DNA from: Candidatus Latescibacterota bacterium
GTDB lineage: Bacteria > Latescibacterota > UBA2968 > UBA8231
Direction: 5' to 3'
DNA: 64,000 nt
Assembly: GCA_965221775.1 (NCBI GenBank)
Contig: CBDCSU010000006.1
Location: 832,001-896,000 of the forward strand
Shown here: piece after piece, positions 19,439 to 29,282 of the stretch
How positions within the stretch are numbered: the first letter of the stretch is position 1
How the letters are laid out: each line of letters starts with the position of its first letter
The notes under the pieces: model-generated
The model's input: only the letters and a program-made list of their open reading frames with translations
What the model was told of the DNA's origin: nothing
Database searches by the model: none
Translations under genes and position numbers: made by a program

Positions 19439-20188
19439 ATGCTGCTGCCCAACCTGGCCGGCCACTACCACTTCCTGAAAGGCATCGATCCCTACTCCTC
19501 GGGGGTGATCGCCGACCCGGGGTTCGAGATCGTCCACGTCATCCTGCGCGACCAGCCACCCTGGCGGCTCGGCTTCGAGCGGGTCGAGGCGCACCTGGAC
19601 CCGCAGGGCCTCGGCCGGTCCGCCCTGTGCGGCGTGCAGCTGCGCTGCCCGCGGCCGTACAGCATCGAGGGCTTCATCCGGTTCAACGACGAGTACCGCC
19701 GCCTCCTCGCCGAGTGGGAGCTGCTCATCGACGGCCTCAACCCCGTGGCCCGCACCAACGTGGCGCCCTCCCACGAGCCGCCGCAGGAGCCGTGCATGTT
19801 CGCCTTCTCCTACACCGCGCCGGCCGCCGCCGGCCTCGCTCCGTCGCTGGTCGTCGCGGGAGCCGGTGAGCTGCGCGGGAGCGCCCTGGAGGCATCGGCC
19901 ATCGTGCGCCGCGGCGACACCTCCGAGGAGGGGATGCGCGAGAAGGCGGTCTGCGTCATGGAGATCATGGAGCAACGGCTTCAGGGTCTCGGCGCCGGCT
20001 GGGAGCAGGTGGATCAGGTGAACGTCTACACCGTCCATCCCCTGTGCGGCTTCCTCGAGGAGGTCCTTCTCGAGCGCATGGGCCCGGCCCGGCAACTGGG
20101 CATCCACTGGCATCACACCCGTCCCCCGGTGGAGGAGATCGACTTCGAGATGGACCTGCGCGGGGTCCATCGGGTGCTGATGCTGTAG
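19439..20188 (+). CDS. CnbZ-like deaminase (RidA-related fold)
   Basis: YSSGVIADPGFEIVHV, NPVARTNV, AFSYT, RPPVEEIDFEMDLRG resemble the 2-amino-5-chloromuconate deaminase family (recalled, not searched). Confidence 0.6.
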   Translation: MLLPNLAGHYHFLKGIDPYSSGVIADPGFEIVHVILRDQPPWRLGFERVEAHLDPQGLGRSALCGVQLRCPRPYSIEGFIRFNDEYRRLLAEWELLIDGLNPVARTNVAPSHEPPQEPCMFAFSYTAPAAAGLAPSLVVAGAGELRGSALEASAIVRRGDTSEEGMREKAVCVMEIMEQRLQGLGAGWEQVDQVNVYTVHPLCGFLEEVLLERMGPARQLGIHWHHTRPPVEEIDFEMDLRGVHRVLML

Positions 20189-20941
20189 TCAGCTCCCCGG
20201 CGCCGGCTCGAAGCAGCGCAGCGACCAGCCCCGTCCCGCGGCGCACAGGGCGGCGGCGTACCCCGGTCCGGGGTCGACATCGGCCATGCCCCAGCCGGCG
20301 GCGTCGCCGTCCTGGATCCATGTCAGACGGGCGGCGGCCGGGTCCAGGGAGACGGCGAAGCTCCGCAGGCCCTGGGTGACGCCGCGGCCGGTGGCCTTGA
20401 CGAAGGCTTCCTTGCGTGTCCAGCACCGGAAGAAGGCGGACCGGCGTTCCTCGGGGGGCAGGCTGCACAGGGCCTCCAGTTCGCGCCCGTGGAAGAACCG
20501 CCGCGCCACCCGTTCCCAGGAGACCTCCCGCCCCGTCCGCTCCACGTCGACGCCCAGTTCCCGCCCGCGGCCGAAGGCCAGCAGCAGCAGGTCCCCCGAG
20601 TGCGACTGGTTGAAGGTGAGATCCGCCGCCGGCTCGCGGAGGGAGGGCTTGCCCTGCTCGCCGTAGGCCAGCTCGAGCTCGGCGGCAGGGACCCGCGCAT
20701 AGCCGGAGAGCAGGCTCCGCAGCCGGCGCCGGGCGGCGAGGAAGCGCCGCCGGGGCTCGCCGGCGGGGTACGCCGAGGACCGCTCCAGCTCCTCCTTTGT
20801 TAGGGCGGCCTCGTCGGTGGGCTCTCCTGCGCGGGGGCTCCCGAGTCGAACGCGCCAGAGGTGGACATCTCCCGCACCGAGGTCCGGGGGAGTCGACGAC
20901 GGCTCCCAGGTCATGGGCGGAGTCCTGGATTTCGAGGCCAT
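20189..20941 (-). CDS. Sfp-type 4'-phosphopantetheinyl transferase
   Basis: GKP, FNQSHSG, LGVDVE, FFRCWTRKEAFVKATG. Confidence 0.92.
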   Translation of the reverse strand: MASKSRTPPMTWEPSSTPPDLGAGDVHLWRVRLGSPRAGEPTDEAALTKEELERSSAYPAGEPRRRFLAARRRLRSLLSGYARVPAAELELAYGEQGKPSLREPAADLTFNQSHSGDLLLLAFGRGRELGVDVERTGREVSWERVARRFFHGRELEALCSLPPEERRSAFFRCWTRKEAFVKATGRGVTQGLRSFAVSLDPAAARLTWIQDGDAAGWGMADVDPGPGYAAALCAAGRGWSLRCFEPAPGS

Positions 20942-21093
20942 GCGATCACTGAGAAAAGCGGACCCTCCCGCCCCGAACAAGCAGCGCATGGGAGCGCTCG
21001 AAGGCCACCCTCTCTCTCGTTGACAGGAATCCGGGGCCTGCCTACCGTAGCCGGCTCCGTCCTGCAGCCAACCCGGACGTCCAGGAGAGATCG

Positions 21094-23403
21094 ATGTCCA
21101 CCAACCCTGCATATCCCGATTACACCAGCCAAGGCAAGTTCCGGGTCATCGGCACGCGTCCGATCCGACACGACGGCGAGGACAAGGTCACGGGCCGCGC
21201 CGTGTACGGCGCCGACGTGCGCCCCGCCGACGTGCTCTACGGCAAGATGCTGCGCTCGCCCCACGCCCACGCCCGCATCCGCGGCATCGACACCTCGCGG
21301 GCCCTGCAGCTCGAAGGCGTGCGCGCCGTGGCCACCGCCGACGATCTGGTGGAGACCGTCGACAAGCTCTCCGACATCGGCGAGACCCTGGTCAACATCC
21401 GCGAGGTCGCCTCCAACTCCCTGGCCTCGAACAAGGTGCTCTACAAGGGACACGCGGTGGCCGCCGTGGCCGCCACCAGCCCCCACATCGCCGAGGAAGC
21501 CCTGGAGCTGATCGAGGTTGACTACGAGCCCCTGCCGGCGGTGGTCGACATCCTCGAGGCGATGAAGGACGACGCCCCGCTGCTGGACGAGAACCGCACC
21601 ACCCGCCTCCTGGGGGAGAGCACCGAGCGCAGCAGCAATATCGCCTCCCACAACCGCCAGGAGCTGGGCGACGTGGAGGCCGGCTTCGCCGAGGCCGACG
21701 AGATCGTCGAGCGCGAGTTCCGCACCGCCACCGTGCACCAGGGCTACATCGAGCCCCACAACACCACCGTCCTGTGGAAGCAGGACGGATCGATCATCGT
21801 CTGGGTCAGCACCCAGGGCCCCTTCCAGATCCGCTCCCAGGTGGCCGAGGTCCTGCACGTGCCCATCGGCAAGGTGAAGGTGATCCCCTGCGAGATCGGC
21901 GGCGGCTTCGGCGGCAAGTTCCCCATCTACATGGAGCCGGCAGCGGCGGTCATGTCCCACAAGACCGGACGGCCGGTGAAGATGACCATGTCCCGGGCCG
22001 AGGTCTTCCAGGGGTCGGGGCCCGCGCCCGGCGGCGTCGTCCGCTGCAAGATGGGCGTCCGCCGCGACGGCACCCTGACCGCCGCCGAGGCGTGGATGGC
22101 CTACGAGGCCGGCGCCTTCCCCGGGTCGGCCGTCGGCGCCGGGGCCTCGTGCATCTTCGCGCCGTACGACATCCCCAACGTGCGCATCGACGCCCTCGAC
22201 GTGGTCCTCAACAAGCCCAAGTCGACCGCCTACCGGGCCCCGGGCGCCCCCAACGCCGCCCACGCCTCGGAGTCGATCCTCGACGAGCTGGCCGGGCTCA
22301 TCGGCATGGATCCCCTCGAGCTGCGCCTGAAGAACTCCTCCCGCGAGGGCACCCGCCGCGCCGACGGCACCGTGTACAACCGCATCGGCTGCGAGGAGAC
22401 GGTCGCCGCCGCCCTCGAGTCCGAGCACTACCGCAGCCCCAGGCCCGAGGGCCCCTTCACCGGACGCGGGGTGGCCGGGGGCTTCTGGTTCAACGGCGGC
22501 GGCCAGTCGTCGGCCAACATCCACGTCCACACCGACGGCATGGTCAGCCTGGAGGAAGGCTCCGCCGACATCGGCGGCTCGCGCGCCGCCATGGCCATGA
22601 TCGTCGCCGAGGCCCTGGGGATCGACGTGGCCCACGTGAATCCCGCCGTCGTCGACACCGACTCCATCGGCTACCACGACGGCACCGGGGGCAGCCGCGT
22701 CTGCTACGCCACGGGGCACGCCTGCTTCCTGGCGGCGGAGGACACCAAGCAGAAGATGTGCGAGCGCGCCGCCCGGCAGCTGGAGGTCGACGACGGCGAC
22801 GTGGAGTGGCGCGAGGGAGCCGTCTTCGTCTGCAAGTCGGACCCGTCGAAGAAGCTCACCTTCGCCGAGGTCGCCGCCGACCAGGGATCGACGGGCGGTC
22901 CCATCGAGGGGGCGGGCGCCGTCAACGCCTCGGGCCCCGGCAGCGCCTTCGCCGCCCACGTCGTCGACGTCGAGGTCGACCCCGAGACCGGCAAGGTGAA
23001 GATCCTGCGCTACACCGCCGTGCAGGACGTGGGCAAGGCGATCCACCCGAGCTACGTGGAGGGCCAGATCCAGGGCGGCGTCGTCCAGGGGATCGGCTGG
23101 GCCCTCACCGAGGGCTACTTCTACAACGAGGACGGCTCCATGGCCAACCCCACCTTCCTCGACTACCGGATGCCCACCACCCTCGACCTGCCCCTGGTGG
23201 AGACGATCCTCGTGGAGGTGCCCAACCCCGCCTCGCCCCACGGCATCCGCGGGGTCGGCGAGGTGCCGCTGGTGCCGCCCCTGGCGGCGATCGCCAACGC
23301 CGTGGCCGACGCCACCGGCGAGCGGCTGACGGAGCTGCCCATGAGCCCGGACAAGGTGATGCAGGCCCTGCAGCGCCGGAGCTGGCCGGAGGCCGCCGGC
23401 TGA
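21094..23403 (+). CDS. Xanthine dehydrogenase family molybdopterin-binding subunit
   Basis: KVTGRAVY, LRSPHAHA, GGGFGGK, AYRAPG, GQIQGGVVQGIG, RGVGE. Confidence 0.93.
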   Translation: MSTNPAYPDYTSQGKFRVIGTRPIRHDGEDKVTGRAVYGADVRPADVLYGKMLRSPHAHARIRGIDTSRALQLEGVRAVATADDLVETVDKLSDIGETLVNIREVASNSLASNKVLYKGHAVAAVAATSPHIAEEALELIEVDYEPLPAVVDILEAMKDDAPLLDENRTTRLLGESTERSSNIASHNRQELGDVEAGFAEADEIVEREFRTATVHQGYIEPHNTTVLWKQDGSIIVWVSTQGPFQIRSQVAEVLHVPIGKVKVIPCEIGGGFGGKFPIYMEPAAAVMSHKTGRPVKMTMSRAEVFQGSGPAPGGVVRCKMGVRRDGTLTAAEAWMAYEAGAFPGSAVGAGASCIFAPYDIPNVRIDALDVVLNKPKSTAYRAPGAPNAAHASESILDELAGLIGMDPLELRLKNSSREGTRRADGTVYNRIGCEETVAAALESEHYRSPRPEGPFTGRGVAGGFWFNGGGQSSANIHVHTDGMVSLEEGSADIGGSRAAMAMIVAEALGIDVAHVNPAVVDTDSIGYHDGTGGSRVCYATGHACFLAAEDTKQKMCERAARQLEVDDGDVEWREGAVFVCKSDPSKKLTFAEVAADQGSTGGPIEGAGAVNASGPGSAFAAHVVDVEVDPETGKVKILRYTAVQDVGKAIHPSYVEGQIQGGVVQGIGWALTEGYFYNEDGSMANPTFLDYRMPTTLDLPLVETILVEVPNPASPHGIRGVGEVPLVPPLAAIANAVADATGERLTELPMSPDKVMQALQRRSWPEAAG

Positions 23404-23437
23404 GGCGAGCCCCTCGGCCGGACCGGATGTGATCGGA

Positions 23438-24286
23438 ATGGCCATCCAGCCCCAGCGGTTCCTGGACGCGGTCCTGCCCGTGGTGCGCCAGTGCGCCGGC
23501 GCCTCGCGCCTGTTCCACGGCGACGTGGCCGACGTGGGCAAGAAGGCCGACACCTCTCTCACCGGCGCGCGCGCGCAGCAGGCGTCGAGGGCCTTCACCG
23601 TCCTCGACGGCGCCTTCCAGGACCTCATCCTCGGAGCCGTCCACGCCCGCTTCCCGCGGGTGCGCTGCATCGCCGAGGAGCGCACCCCCATGCGCCGCGC
23701 CTTCGCCGGCAACGGCGGCGACGAGGTGGTCATCCTCGACCCCATCGACGGCACCCTCCACTTCCAGCGCGGCGACGCGCCGTACCACATCAGCATCGGC
23801 CTGGCCCGCGGCGGCCGCATGGTCGCCGCCGCCGTCGCCCGGCCCACGGAGGACAAGATGTTCACCGCGGTGCGCGGGCGCGGCGCCTGGGTGCAGGTCG
23901 GGTCCGGGACACCGAAGCCGCTGCGTCTGCCGGAACGGCCGCGTACGAAGAAGGCCTTCGTCTCCACCAAGGCGCGGCGCTTCCGGACCGCCGCCGGCGA
24001 ACACTTCGAGCCGCGGGACTACCCCCTCGGCGCGGCCCTCGTGCTGACCGAGCTGGCCGAGGGTGCCCTCGCCGCCTACCTCACCCGGCAGGTGGAGGTC
24101 TACGACGTGGGACCCCCTTCCCTGATCGCCGAGGAAGCCGGCGCCTGCTGCTTTCTCGGCGAAGGCCGCGAGCCGACCTACGGCCGCAGCCGCAAGTTCC
24201 CCGTCTACATGGCCGCCGCCGCGCCCCACCTGCGAGACCTGCTGCTGCGGGTGTGCCGCCGCGGCGACCGGGAGAGCGACGAATGA
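23438..24286 (+). CDS. Inositol monophosphatase family protein
   Basis: IAEE, ILDPIDGT metal-binding motif, YDV..SLIAEEAG. Confidence 0.85.
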   Translation: MAIQPQRFLDAVLPVVRQCAGASRLFHGDVADVGKKADTSLTGARAQQASRAFTVLDGAFQDLILGAVHARFPRVRCIAEERTPMRRAFAGNGGDEVVILDPIDGTLHFQRGDAPYHISIGLARGGRMVAAAVARPTEDKMFTAVRGRGAWVQVGSGTPKPLRLPERPRTKKAFVSTKARRFRTAAGEHFEPRDYPLGAALVLTELAEGALAAYLTRQVEVYDVGPPSLIAEEAGACCFLGEGREPTYGRSRKFPVYMAAAAPHLRDLLLRVCRRGDRESDE

Positions 24287-25197
24287 GCCGTGAGCATGAG
24301 ATCCGCGGGGTGCTGCCCGTCGTGCACATGCCCTACCACGAGGATCTCGGCATCGACCACGACACCCTGCGCCGGCAGGTGGATCACCTCTTCGACACCG
24401 GCGCTGACGGCCTCTGCCTGGGGCTGGTCTCCGACACCCTGCGCCTGACCGCGGCGGAGCGCGTCGATCTCCCGGCGAAGCTCGCCCGGTTCGCCGGCGG
24501 CCGGGGGCCGGTGGTGATCAGCGTCGGCGCCGAGAGCACCGTGCAGGCGCGGCGCTTCGCCCGCGCCGCGGAGGACGGCGGAGCCGGCGCCCTGATGGCC
24601 ATGCCGCCCCTGTCGCAGGGACTGGCCGAGCCGCAGCTGGCGGAGTACTTCGAGTCCCTGCTGGAGGAGGTCTCGCTGCCGGTCCTCGTCCAGGACGCTT
24701 CCGGGTACGTGGGGAAACCGATGAGCCTGGAGTTCCAGGCCGAGCTGTTCCGCCGCCACGGCGGGCGCGTGCTGTTCAAGCCGGAGGCCGCCCCCCTGGG
24801 GCCGAGCATCTCCGGCCTGCGCGACCTCACCGGCGGCCGCGCGGCGATCTTCGAGGGCAGCGGCGGCGTGCTCCTCATCGACTCCTACCGGCGCGGCGTG
24901 GCCGGCACGATTCCGGGTGTGGAGCTGCTCGACGGCCTCGTCGCCCTGTGGAAGGCCTGCGAGGCCGGCGACTGGGAACGCGCCTACGAGGTCTACCTGC
25001 CGATCTGCGCCATCGCCACCCTGCAGATGCAGGGCGGCCTCGACGGCTACATCGTCACCGAGCGCTACCTGATGCACCGCCAGGGCCTGTTCCCGAACCA
25101 GGTGCACCGGGGGCCGCTGGCCTTCCATCTCGACGAGGAGACCCGCCTGGAGCTCGACCGGCTCCACGACCGCCTGCAGGCGGTCCTGCGTGGCTGA
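24283..25197 (+). CDS. Dihydrodipicolinate synthase family aldolase
   Basis: GVLPVVHMPY, SVGAEST, MAMPP, LVQDA, FKPE Schiff-base Lys. Confidence 0.85.
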   Translation: MSREHEIRGVLPVVHMPYHEDLGIDHDTLRRQVDHLFDTGADGLCLGLVSDTLRLTAAERVDLPAKLARFAGGRGPVVISVGAESTVQARRFARAAEDGGAGALMAMPPLSQGLAEPQLAEYFESLLEEVSLPVLVQDASGYVGKPMSLEFQAELFRRHGGRVLFKPEAAPLGPSISGLRDLTGGRAAIFEGSGGVLLIDSYRRGVAGTIPGVELLDGLVALWKACEAGDWERAYEVYLPICAIATLQMQGGLDGYIVTERYLMHRQGLFPNQVHRGPLAFHLDEETRLELDRLHDRLQAVLRG

Positions 25198-26377
25198 ATC
25201 CTCCGTCCCGCTGTCGGCGCGCATGGAGGCGGTGCAGGCGCCCGTCATCCCCGACGTGGCCGCCCTCATCCGCGACAATCCGGGGACGATCTCCCTCGGG
25301 CAGGGGGTCGTTCACTACGGACCGCCCCCCGAGGCTTTCGAGGCGGTGGCCGCCTTCGGCGGCGAGGCGGCGGAGCACCACTACCGCGACGCCGCCGGGA
25401 TCCCCGAGCTGCACGAGGGTCTGCGCCTCAAGCTGTCCGCCGAGAACGGCATCGACGTCGACGACGCCGAGCAGGTGCTGTTCGTCACCGCCGGCAGCAA
25501 CATGGCCTTCTACCACATGGTGCTGTGCGCCTGCGACCCGGGCGACGAGGTGGTGGTCATGTCGCCGTTCTACTTCAACCACGAGATGGCCATCGCCATG
25601 GCCAACTGCCGCACCGTGGAGGTGCCCACGGACGAGCGCTACGGCCTCCGCGTCGACGCCGTGGAGGCCGCCGTCACCGGCCGCACGCGCATGGTGGTCA
25701 CCATCTCGCCGAACAACCCCGCCGGGGTGGTCTACGACCCGGGGGCGGTGGCCGCGGTCAACGATCTGTGCCGGCGCCGCGGCATCTACCACGTCAGCGA
25801 CGAGGCCTACGAGTACTTCACCTACGGCGCCCGCCACCTGTCGCCGGGCTCGCTCCCCGGCAGCGCCGGCCACACGCTGTCCCTGTTCTCGTTCTCCAAG
25901 TCGTACGGACTGGCCAACTGGCGCGTCGGCTACGCCGTGGCCCCGCGGCGGCTGATCCGGGGCCTGCAGAAGAGCCAGGACACCATCCTGATCTGCCCCC
26001 CCGTGGTCTCGCAGCTGGCGGCGGCGGGGGCCCTGCGCGCCGGACCGGCCTACTTCCGCGGTTACGTCGACGGTCTCGACCGGGTGCGCGCCATGTGCCT
26101 GGAGCGGCTGGGAGAGCTGGGCCCCCGGTGCGTGGTGCCCGAGGCCAACGGCGCCTTCTACCTGCTGGCGCGCCTGCAGACGCGGCGGCCGTCGATGCGC
26201 GTCGTCGAGCGGCTGGTGCGCGAGCACGGCGTCGCCGTCATCCCCGGGAGCGGCTTCGGACTGACCGACTCCTGCCACATCCGCATCGCTTACGGGGCCC
26301 TGGAGCCGCACACCGTCGAGGAGGGGATGGACCGCCTGGTCCGCGGCCTCGACCTCATCCTGCAGGACGGCGGCTGA
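25190..26377 (+). CDS. PLP-dependent aminotransferase class I/II
   Basis: ISLGQG, SPNNPAG, SDEAYEYF, SFSKSYGLANWRVGY. Confidence 0.92.
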   Translation: MAESSVPLSARMEAVQAPVIPDVAALIRDNPGTISLGQGVVHYGPPPEAFEAVAAFGGEAAEHHYRDAAGIPELHEGLRLKLSAENGIDVDDAEQVLFVTAGSNMAFYHMVLCACDPGDEVVVMSPFYFNHEMAIAMANCRTVEVPTDERYGLRVDAVEAAVTGRTRMVVTISPNNPAGVVYDPGAVAAVNDLCRRRGIYHVSDEAYEYFTYGARHLSPGSLPGSAGHTLSLFSFSKSYGLANWRVGYAVAPRRLIRGLQKSQDTILICPPVVSQLAAAGALRAGPAYFRGYVDGLDRVRAMCLERLGELGPRCVVPEANGAFYLLARLQTRRPSMRVVERLVREHGVAVIPGSGFGLTDSCHIRIAYGALEPHTVEEGMDRLVRGLDLILQDGG

Positions 26378-26393
26378 GGAGGCCCCCCCCCGC

Positions 26394-26422
26394 TTGACTT
26401 CCCCAGCCTCCGCCTCTACCTT
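26394..26422 (+). promoter_or_regulatory. sigma70-type promoter
   Basis: TTGACT-17 nt-TACCTT. Confidence 0.6.
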
Positions 26423-26428
26423 GCGGGC

Positions 26429-26548
26429 AAAGAGTGACCTGAACCCACATCACAGTTTGCCCCGCTGGAAGTTTTCCACTCTTCTTGAATGTGGAACTTC
26501 GACAACGTTTCTTCCGGCATTCTGGTGGGTTGGTCGCTCTTTCTTTTT
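26429..26548 (+). ncRNA. Candidate structured ncRNA or cis-leader
   Basis: AT-rich island. 5' AAAGAGTGACC..AACCCAC..GCTGGAAG pairs with 3' CTTCCGGC..GTGGGTTGGTCGCTCTTT. Inner TTCCAC/GTGGAA stem. Followed by a T-tract. Confidence 0.45.
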
Positions 26549-26549
26549 G

Positions 26550-29270
26550 ATGCGCGCCGTCCTTCTCCTCGCCGCCGGCGCCCTGTGGCTCCACCCATCG
26601 GGTCTCGCCGCGCAGCCTCTGCAGGTCCAGCCCGACAGCCTCGACTTCGGGGTCCTCAAGGCCGGCCGCACCGGCCGCCTCGAGGTCTCGGTGCGCAACA
26701 CCGGCCCCGACGACCTGGAGATCGATCTGCAGATCGAGGGCGAGGGATTCTCCGTCCCCGCCGATACCCTCCGCCTGCCGTCCGCCGCCACCCGCCTCCT
26801 GGCCGTCGAGTTCAGCGCCGCTGACACCGGAGCCTACGCCGGCGAGCTCTCCCTGCGGACCGGGGAGCTCTTCGGTTCGGAGCAGGCCCGCGTGGGGCTC
26901 GCCGCCTCCGTCGGGGGGCCGCGGCTGCGCCTGCGTCCCGGCCCCGAGGCCGGGATCGACGCCGGCCAGGCCCCGGTGGGGCGGGTCGTGCGCCGCTCCC
27001 TGGAGCTGGAGAACGCCGGCGGGGTGGAGCTGGTCATCGACAGCCTCTCCATCGAGCCCGCCTCCGGGCCGTTCTCGCTCTCGGGCGCTCCGGAGCGGCG
27101 GCTGGCGCCGGGTGCGCGCACGGAGGCCGGCGTGCTCTTCAAGCCGGACGGCGACGGGACCTTCCGGGGCCGGCTGCACGTGCACTCCCCGGACCTGCCC
27201 GCCGCGGCCGTGCCCCTCGCCGGCGAGGGACTGGCCCCGCGGCTGGCCGTCTCCCCCCTGCCCGAGGTGGGGATCGATTTCGAGACTGTCGAGATGGGCG
27301 CGGCCTCCCGCCGCCGCCTCACCCTCATCAACCAGGGACGGGGCGATCTCGACCTGTCCCTGCAACTGGCCGACGAGGCCTTCGAGGTGGGCGGCGATTC
27401 TCCCCTCCGGCTGGGGCCGGGGGCCCGGCGCGACGTCGCCGTCCGCTTCCGGCCGCGCTACGAGGGGCCGGACAGCACCGCCCTCCTGCTGACCAGCAAC
27501 GATCCGCAGCGCCGCCGTCTCGAGGTCCCCCTCACCGGCAGGGGGCAGGTCGGCCCGCCGCACGTGGAGCTCCTCGACCGCTCGCCCATCGACTTCGGCA
27601 GCGTGCCCCTGGGCAAGCCGGCGCGGTTGCCGCTGCTCCTGTGGAACCGGGGCGGCACCCCCTTCCTGGTCCGCCTCGAGCTGGAGGAGGGCAGCGGCCC
27701 CGAGTTCGCCCTGGAGACCGGCACCCTCCTGCTCAACCCGGGGGAGAGCGGCCGCGTCGAGCTGGCCTTCCGCCCCCGGGAGGTCGGCCTCCGCGAGGGC
27801 GTTCTGTCGGTCCACACCGAGGCGGGCCGGCGCCGGATGGTGCTGCAGGGGACGGGCCGCTTCCTGCAGCTCAAACCGACGGCCTTCGACTTCGGCCGGG
27901 TGCCCGTGGGCGAATCGGGCAGCGGCATCATCGAGCTGACCAACAGCGGCAACGCCGACTTCTCCATCAGCCGCATCCACTCCACCGGCGACGACTTCAC
28001 CATCTTCACGCAGGTCTCCCCCGACGGGGGGGAGCACCAGCTGCCCGCCAACGGCCTGGGCACCCTGCCGGTGCGCGTCACCTTCGCGCCCTCGGCGCGC
28101 GGACCCGTGAGCGGCACCCTGCGCCTCGAGGGCTTCTGGGAGGGCGGCGGCGCCAGCCTCGAGGTGCTCCTCAACGGCACCGGTGTGGCCGCCGAGATCG
28201 AGCTGCATCCCTCCGGGGTGCTCGACTTCGGACACGTCGTCATCGGCGAGAGCGACCAGCGGGCGCTGGTGGCGACCAACTCCGGCGACACGGCCCTGGA
28301 GGTGGAGGCCAGCGCCCTCACCGGCGAGGCCCGCGTGGAGCCCGCGGCCTTCTCCCTCGACCCCGGGGAGTCGACGACCCTGAACATCCACTTCTCCCCG
28401 GAGGCCCTGGGGGAGCGGTTCGGCCAGATCCTGCTGATCAGCAACGACGTGCGCGACAAGGCGCAGCCCATCAAGATCCGCGGACGGGGGGCCCTGGGGA
28501 GCGTCGACCTGGCGTCCATCGTCTCGGTGCTGGCCACGGGCAAGTCCGGAGCCAGGCGGCTGGAGGTGCCCTGGAACCCCACGCCCCTGGTGCTGCGCGA
28601 CGGCACCCGGATCGACATGCGGATCGATATACCCGACACCCTTCGGCAGGCCCTCGTAGGGCGCCGCGTCGACGTGGAGTGGGTCCAGCTCGACGCGAAC
28701 TACGACCCCAAGGGCGGACCCCGGCAGGCGCGGGTCCAGATCTACGCCGACAGCGAGGACAGCGTCGGGGTGGAGGACCTCAACCTCCGCCTGAGCGACA
28801 CCGGCATCAAGCGGGTGCGTCTGCGGCTCACCACCCGGAGCCACGCCGGAGGACCGGAGCAGTCGATCTCCCAGGTCCTGGAGTCCGGCGGCTGGAAGTG
28901 GGCCTTCGAGGCCAAGCCCCTGGTCTCCTTCCTCGCCATCCGCCCGGGGCGGGACCGCACCGACGAGGAGGGCCAGCTGGTGAAGGGGAAGACCGAGCGG
29001 CTCATCGGTCTGCCGGGCATCGCCTTCGCGGGCTGGCACAACGCCGAGCACCCCGCCGTATCCGGCGTCCACCTCACGGCCATCGGCAACGTCCTGGAGG
29101 CGCTCTCCACGGACAACTCCATCGCCGTCTCCCTGGGGGTGGCCCTTTCCCTCTACAAGGACCGCTTTCTCTTCGGCTTCGCCTGGGACATCTACGACTC
29201 CCGTCCCAAGGCCCGCCGCGAGGGCACCCGGGACTACATCCTCACCTTCAAGTACTCGGGCCTGTTCTGA
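26550..29270 (+). CDS. Secreted multi-Ig (choice-of-anchor D / ASPM-SPD-2-Hydin) domain protein
   Basis: Signal peptide, about six repeats of xDFG...NxG...FxP...GxG, and a distinct C-terminal region ending ILTFKYSGLF. Confidence 0.75.
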   Translation: MRAVLLLAAGALWLHPSGLAAQPLQVQPDSLDFGVLKAGRTGRLEVSVRNTGPDDLEIDLQIEGEGFSVPADTLRLPSAATRLLAVEFSAADTGAYAGELSLRTGELFGSEQARVGLAASVGGPRLRLRPGPEAGIDAGQAPVGRVVRRSLELENAGGVELVIDSLSIEPASGPFSLSGAPERRLAPGARTEAGVLFKPDGDGTFRGRLHVHSPDLPAAAVPLAGEGLAPRLAVSPLPEVGIDFETVEMGAASRRRLTLINQGRGDLDLSLQLADEAFEVGGDSPLRLGPGARRDVAVRFRPRYEGPDSTALLLTSNDPQRRRLEVPLTGRGQVGPPHVELLDRSPIDFGSVPLGKPARLPLLLWNRGGTPFLVRLELEEGSGPEFALETGTLLLNPGESGRVELAFRPREVGLREGVLSVHTEAGRRRMVLQGTGRFLQLKPTAFDFGRVPVGESGSGIIELTNSGNADFSISRIHSTGDDFTIFTQVSPDGGEHQLPANGLGTLPVRVTFAPSARGPVSGTLRLEGFWEGGGASLEVLLNGTGVAAEIELHPSGVLDFGHVVIGESDQRALVATNSGDTALEVEASALTGEARVEPAAFSLDPGESTTLNIHFSPEALGERFGQILLISNDVRDKAQPIKIRGRGALGSVDLASIVSVLATGKSGARRLEVPWNPTPLVLRDGTRIDMRIDIPDTLRQALVGRRVDVEWVQLDANYDPKGGPRQARVQIYADSEDSVGVEDLNLRLSDTGIKRVRLRLTTRSHAGGPEQSISQVLESGGWKWAFEAKPLVSFLAIRPGRDRTDEEGQLVKGKTERLIGLPGIAFAGWHNAEHPAVSGVHLTAIGNVLEALSTDNSIAVSLGVALSLYKDRFLFGFAWDIYDSRPKARREGTRDYILTFKYSGLF

Positions 29271-29282
29271 TAGAGATCGTCC

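Noticed and set aside
26429-26548. SRP RNA, tRNA or retron msr-msd identity for the hairpin
   Set aside because: It lacks the SRP domain IV motif and a cloverleaf, and there is no reverse transcriptase in the window. Left as an unassigned candidate.
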